A stretch of 64,000 nucleotides of DNA from Candidatus Krumholzibacteriota bacterium (GTDB lineage Bacteria > Krumholzibacteriota > Krumholzibacteriia > JAJRXK01), in the NCBI GenBank assembly GCA_963727455.1, contig CAVSGG010000008.1, forward strand, positions 192,001-256,000, in the 5' to 3' direction. The notes below the pieces were generated by a model, which had not been told where the DNA came from, did no database searches, and saw only the letters and a list, made by a program, of their open reading frames with translations. The translations under genes were made by a program, and so were the position numbers. Shown in pieces: positions 62,859 to 64,000 of this stretch; position 1 is the first letter of the stretch; every line of letters starts with the position of its first letter.

Positions 62859-63833
62859 TCAGCGGCCCAAAAATCCCAGCACGAGAGCGCACAGACGCGC
62901 CAGCACATAGCACGAATAAAGGACGAAGATCGGGAAGATCCGCTGGATTTCGGGTCTTTTCCGCACGACGGCTCGCAGTGTGAGCAAGGAGGGCAGGCTC
63001 ACCAGCCCAATCCAGCCCAGGTGAAGCGGCCAGGAACGGAGACCGTGCGGACTCGCGATGACGCCAGCCACGAAGAGAAGCGCGAAGGAGAGCGCGAGCA
63101 AAGGAATGATCAGGCTGGGGATCTCGTCCGCCACCATGCCCCCTGCGCGCAGCCGATGGTAAGAATCCTTGCCGTGCCAGATTTCCTTCCGCAGAAACGC
63201 GGCGAGGGTGGCCGGTTCCCGGTGGTGCAGAACCAGCACTTCCGGATCATCCAGTAGCGTACCGCGACGGGTGAGCCGGTAGGAGAGATCGGCATCCTCG
63301 CAGGTCGTCAAGCTCTCGTCGAATCCCCCGAGCGCTTCGAACGCGTCGCGACGCACCGCCAGATTGGCCGAGGGAAGCCAGCGCGCCCGCTCGGGTTCAC
63401 CGCGAACCCGCAAGAGAAAGGACCAGGTCTTCTGGACCCAGGTCGTCCCCCGCTCGGCGACATGCGGGTAGTTCCCCACCGCGACCACGGTCTTCTGCCC
63501 GAGTGCGCGCTCGATCGCCTCCGCCCAACCGGCCTCGACGGTGCAGTCCGCGTCGAGGAAGGCGAGGTAGCGTCCGGTTGAGATCCTGGCCCCCTCGTTG
63601 CGCACGGCCGCGATGGTCTCAGCTCGTGAATGCACGACGAGCGCACCCTTTTCGCGCGCGAGTTCGGCGGTACGGTCCGTCGATCCGTTATCGACCACCA
63701 CGCATTCCACGGAGATGCTCGAACTCGTATTGCCCCGAATGGAATCGAGGCATGCCGGAAGATACTGCTCCTCGTTCCGCGCGGGAATGATCACGCTCAG
63801 ATCGACATGTTTCCTCTCTTGCGAAGCGTCCAT
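62859..63833 (-). CDS. GT2 glycosyltransferase with C-terminal TM helices
   Basis: SVIIPARNEE, VDNGSTD, FLDAD and GGFDE...EDADL motifs. Confidence 0.9.
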   Translation of the reverse strand: MDASQERKHVDLSVIIPARNEEQYLPACLDSIRGNTSSSISVECVVVDNGSTDRTAELAREKGALVVHSRAETIAAVRNEGARISTGRYLAFLDADCTVEAGWAEAIERALGQKTVVAVGNYPHVAERGTTWVQKTWSFLLRVRGEPERARWLPSANLAVRRDAFEALGGFDESLTTCEDADLSYRLTRRGTLLDDPEVLVLHHREPATLAAFLRKEIWHGKDSYHRLRAGGMVADEIPSLIIPLLALSFALLFVAGVIASPHGLRSWPLHLGWIGLVSLPSLLTLRAVVRKRPEIQRIFPIFVLYSCYVLARLCALVLGFLGR

Positions 63834-64000
63834 CAGATCTCGAATTCTTCCATGAGCTCATCCTGCTCGATTTCTTCGCTCTTCCCCTCGAGAGTGAGGG
63901 TGAGGGATACCGCTAGTGCGCCGATGAACCAACCAAACTCATAGCGTTCCGCGCTAATGAAGAACGCGGTTACCCAAAACGCCACCTGGCTGGCCAGGAG
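63833..64000 (-). CDS. C-terminus of a membrane protein, possibly O-antigen ligase/polymerase-like (partial)
   Basis: Hand translation LLASQVAFWVTAFFISAERYEFGWFIGALAVSL...EEFEI*. The stop overlaps the GT2 ATG. Confidence 0.45.
   Translation of the reverse strand, partial: LLASQVAFWVTAFFISAERYEFGWFIGALAVSLTLTLEGKSEEIEQDELMEEFEI

Overview
GC-rich bacterial chromosome segment, probably from an uncultured FCB-superphylum lineage such as Krumholzibacteriota, Eisenbacteria or Latescibacterota. This is inferred only from a PNPFNP/FlgD-Ig-type C-terminal secretion domain and gene style. Contents in order: cstA-glcDEF operon divergent from an ECF sigma/zinc anti-sigma pair; DUF72; POT transporter; CruF-like/TPR membrane protein; fba; kbl; a 2-oxoacid dehydrogenase operon (lpdA-E1a-E1b-E2-lipB-lipA); a cation antiporter; a GDP-sugar/ugd/flippase/wecA glycan cluster followed by a degenerate HemC; a PyrR-attenuated pyrRBC-TPR-pyrKD operon; dusB; ETF-QO; pirin; a PEP-CTERM-type exopolysaccharide cassette; OPT transporter; tricorn protease; a 1509-aa secreted lyase-like protein; and the end of another glycosylation operon. 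Many genes carry single-base indels that look like long-read errors. Best lead: a 46-aa ORF with a lasso-type RiPP leader (YSPP...IT-L, core Asp7) and a stand-alone PqqD/RRE plus nucleotidyltransferase, separated only by the dehydrogenase operon, with no cyclase or peptidase in the window. This suggests a dispersed or non-canonical RRE-dependent RiPP system beside glycan genes. Other leads are a HemC pseudoenzyme and sigma-54-like promoters on both the EPS cassette and the giant lyase. No CRISPR, rRNA, tRNA or mobile element was recognised. All family calls are by motif recognition; no database searches were run.
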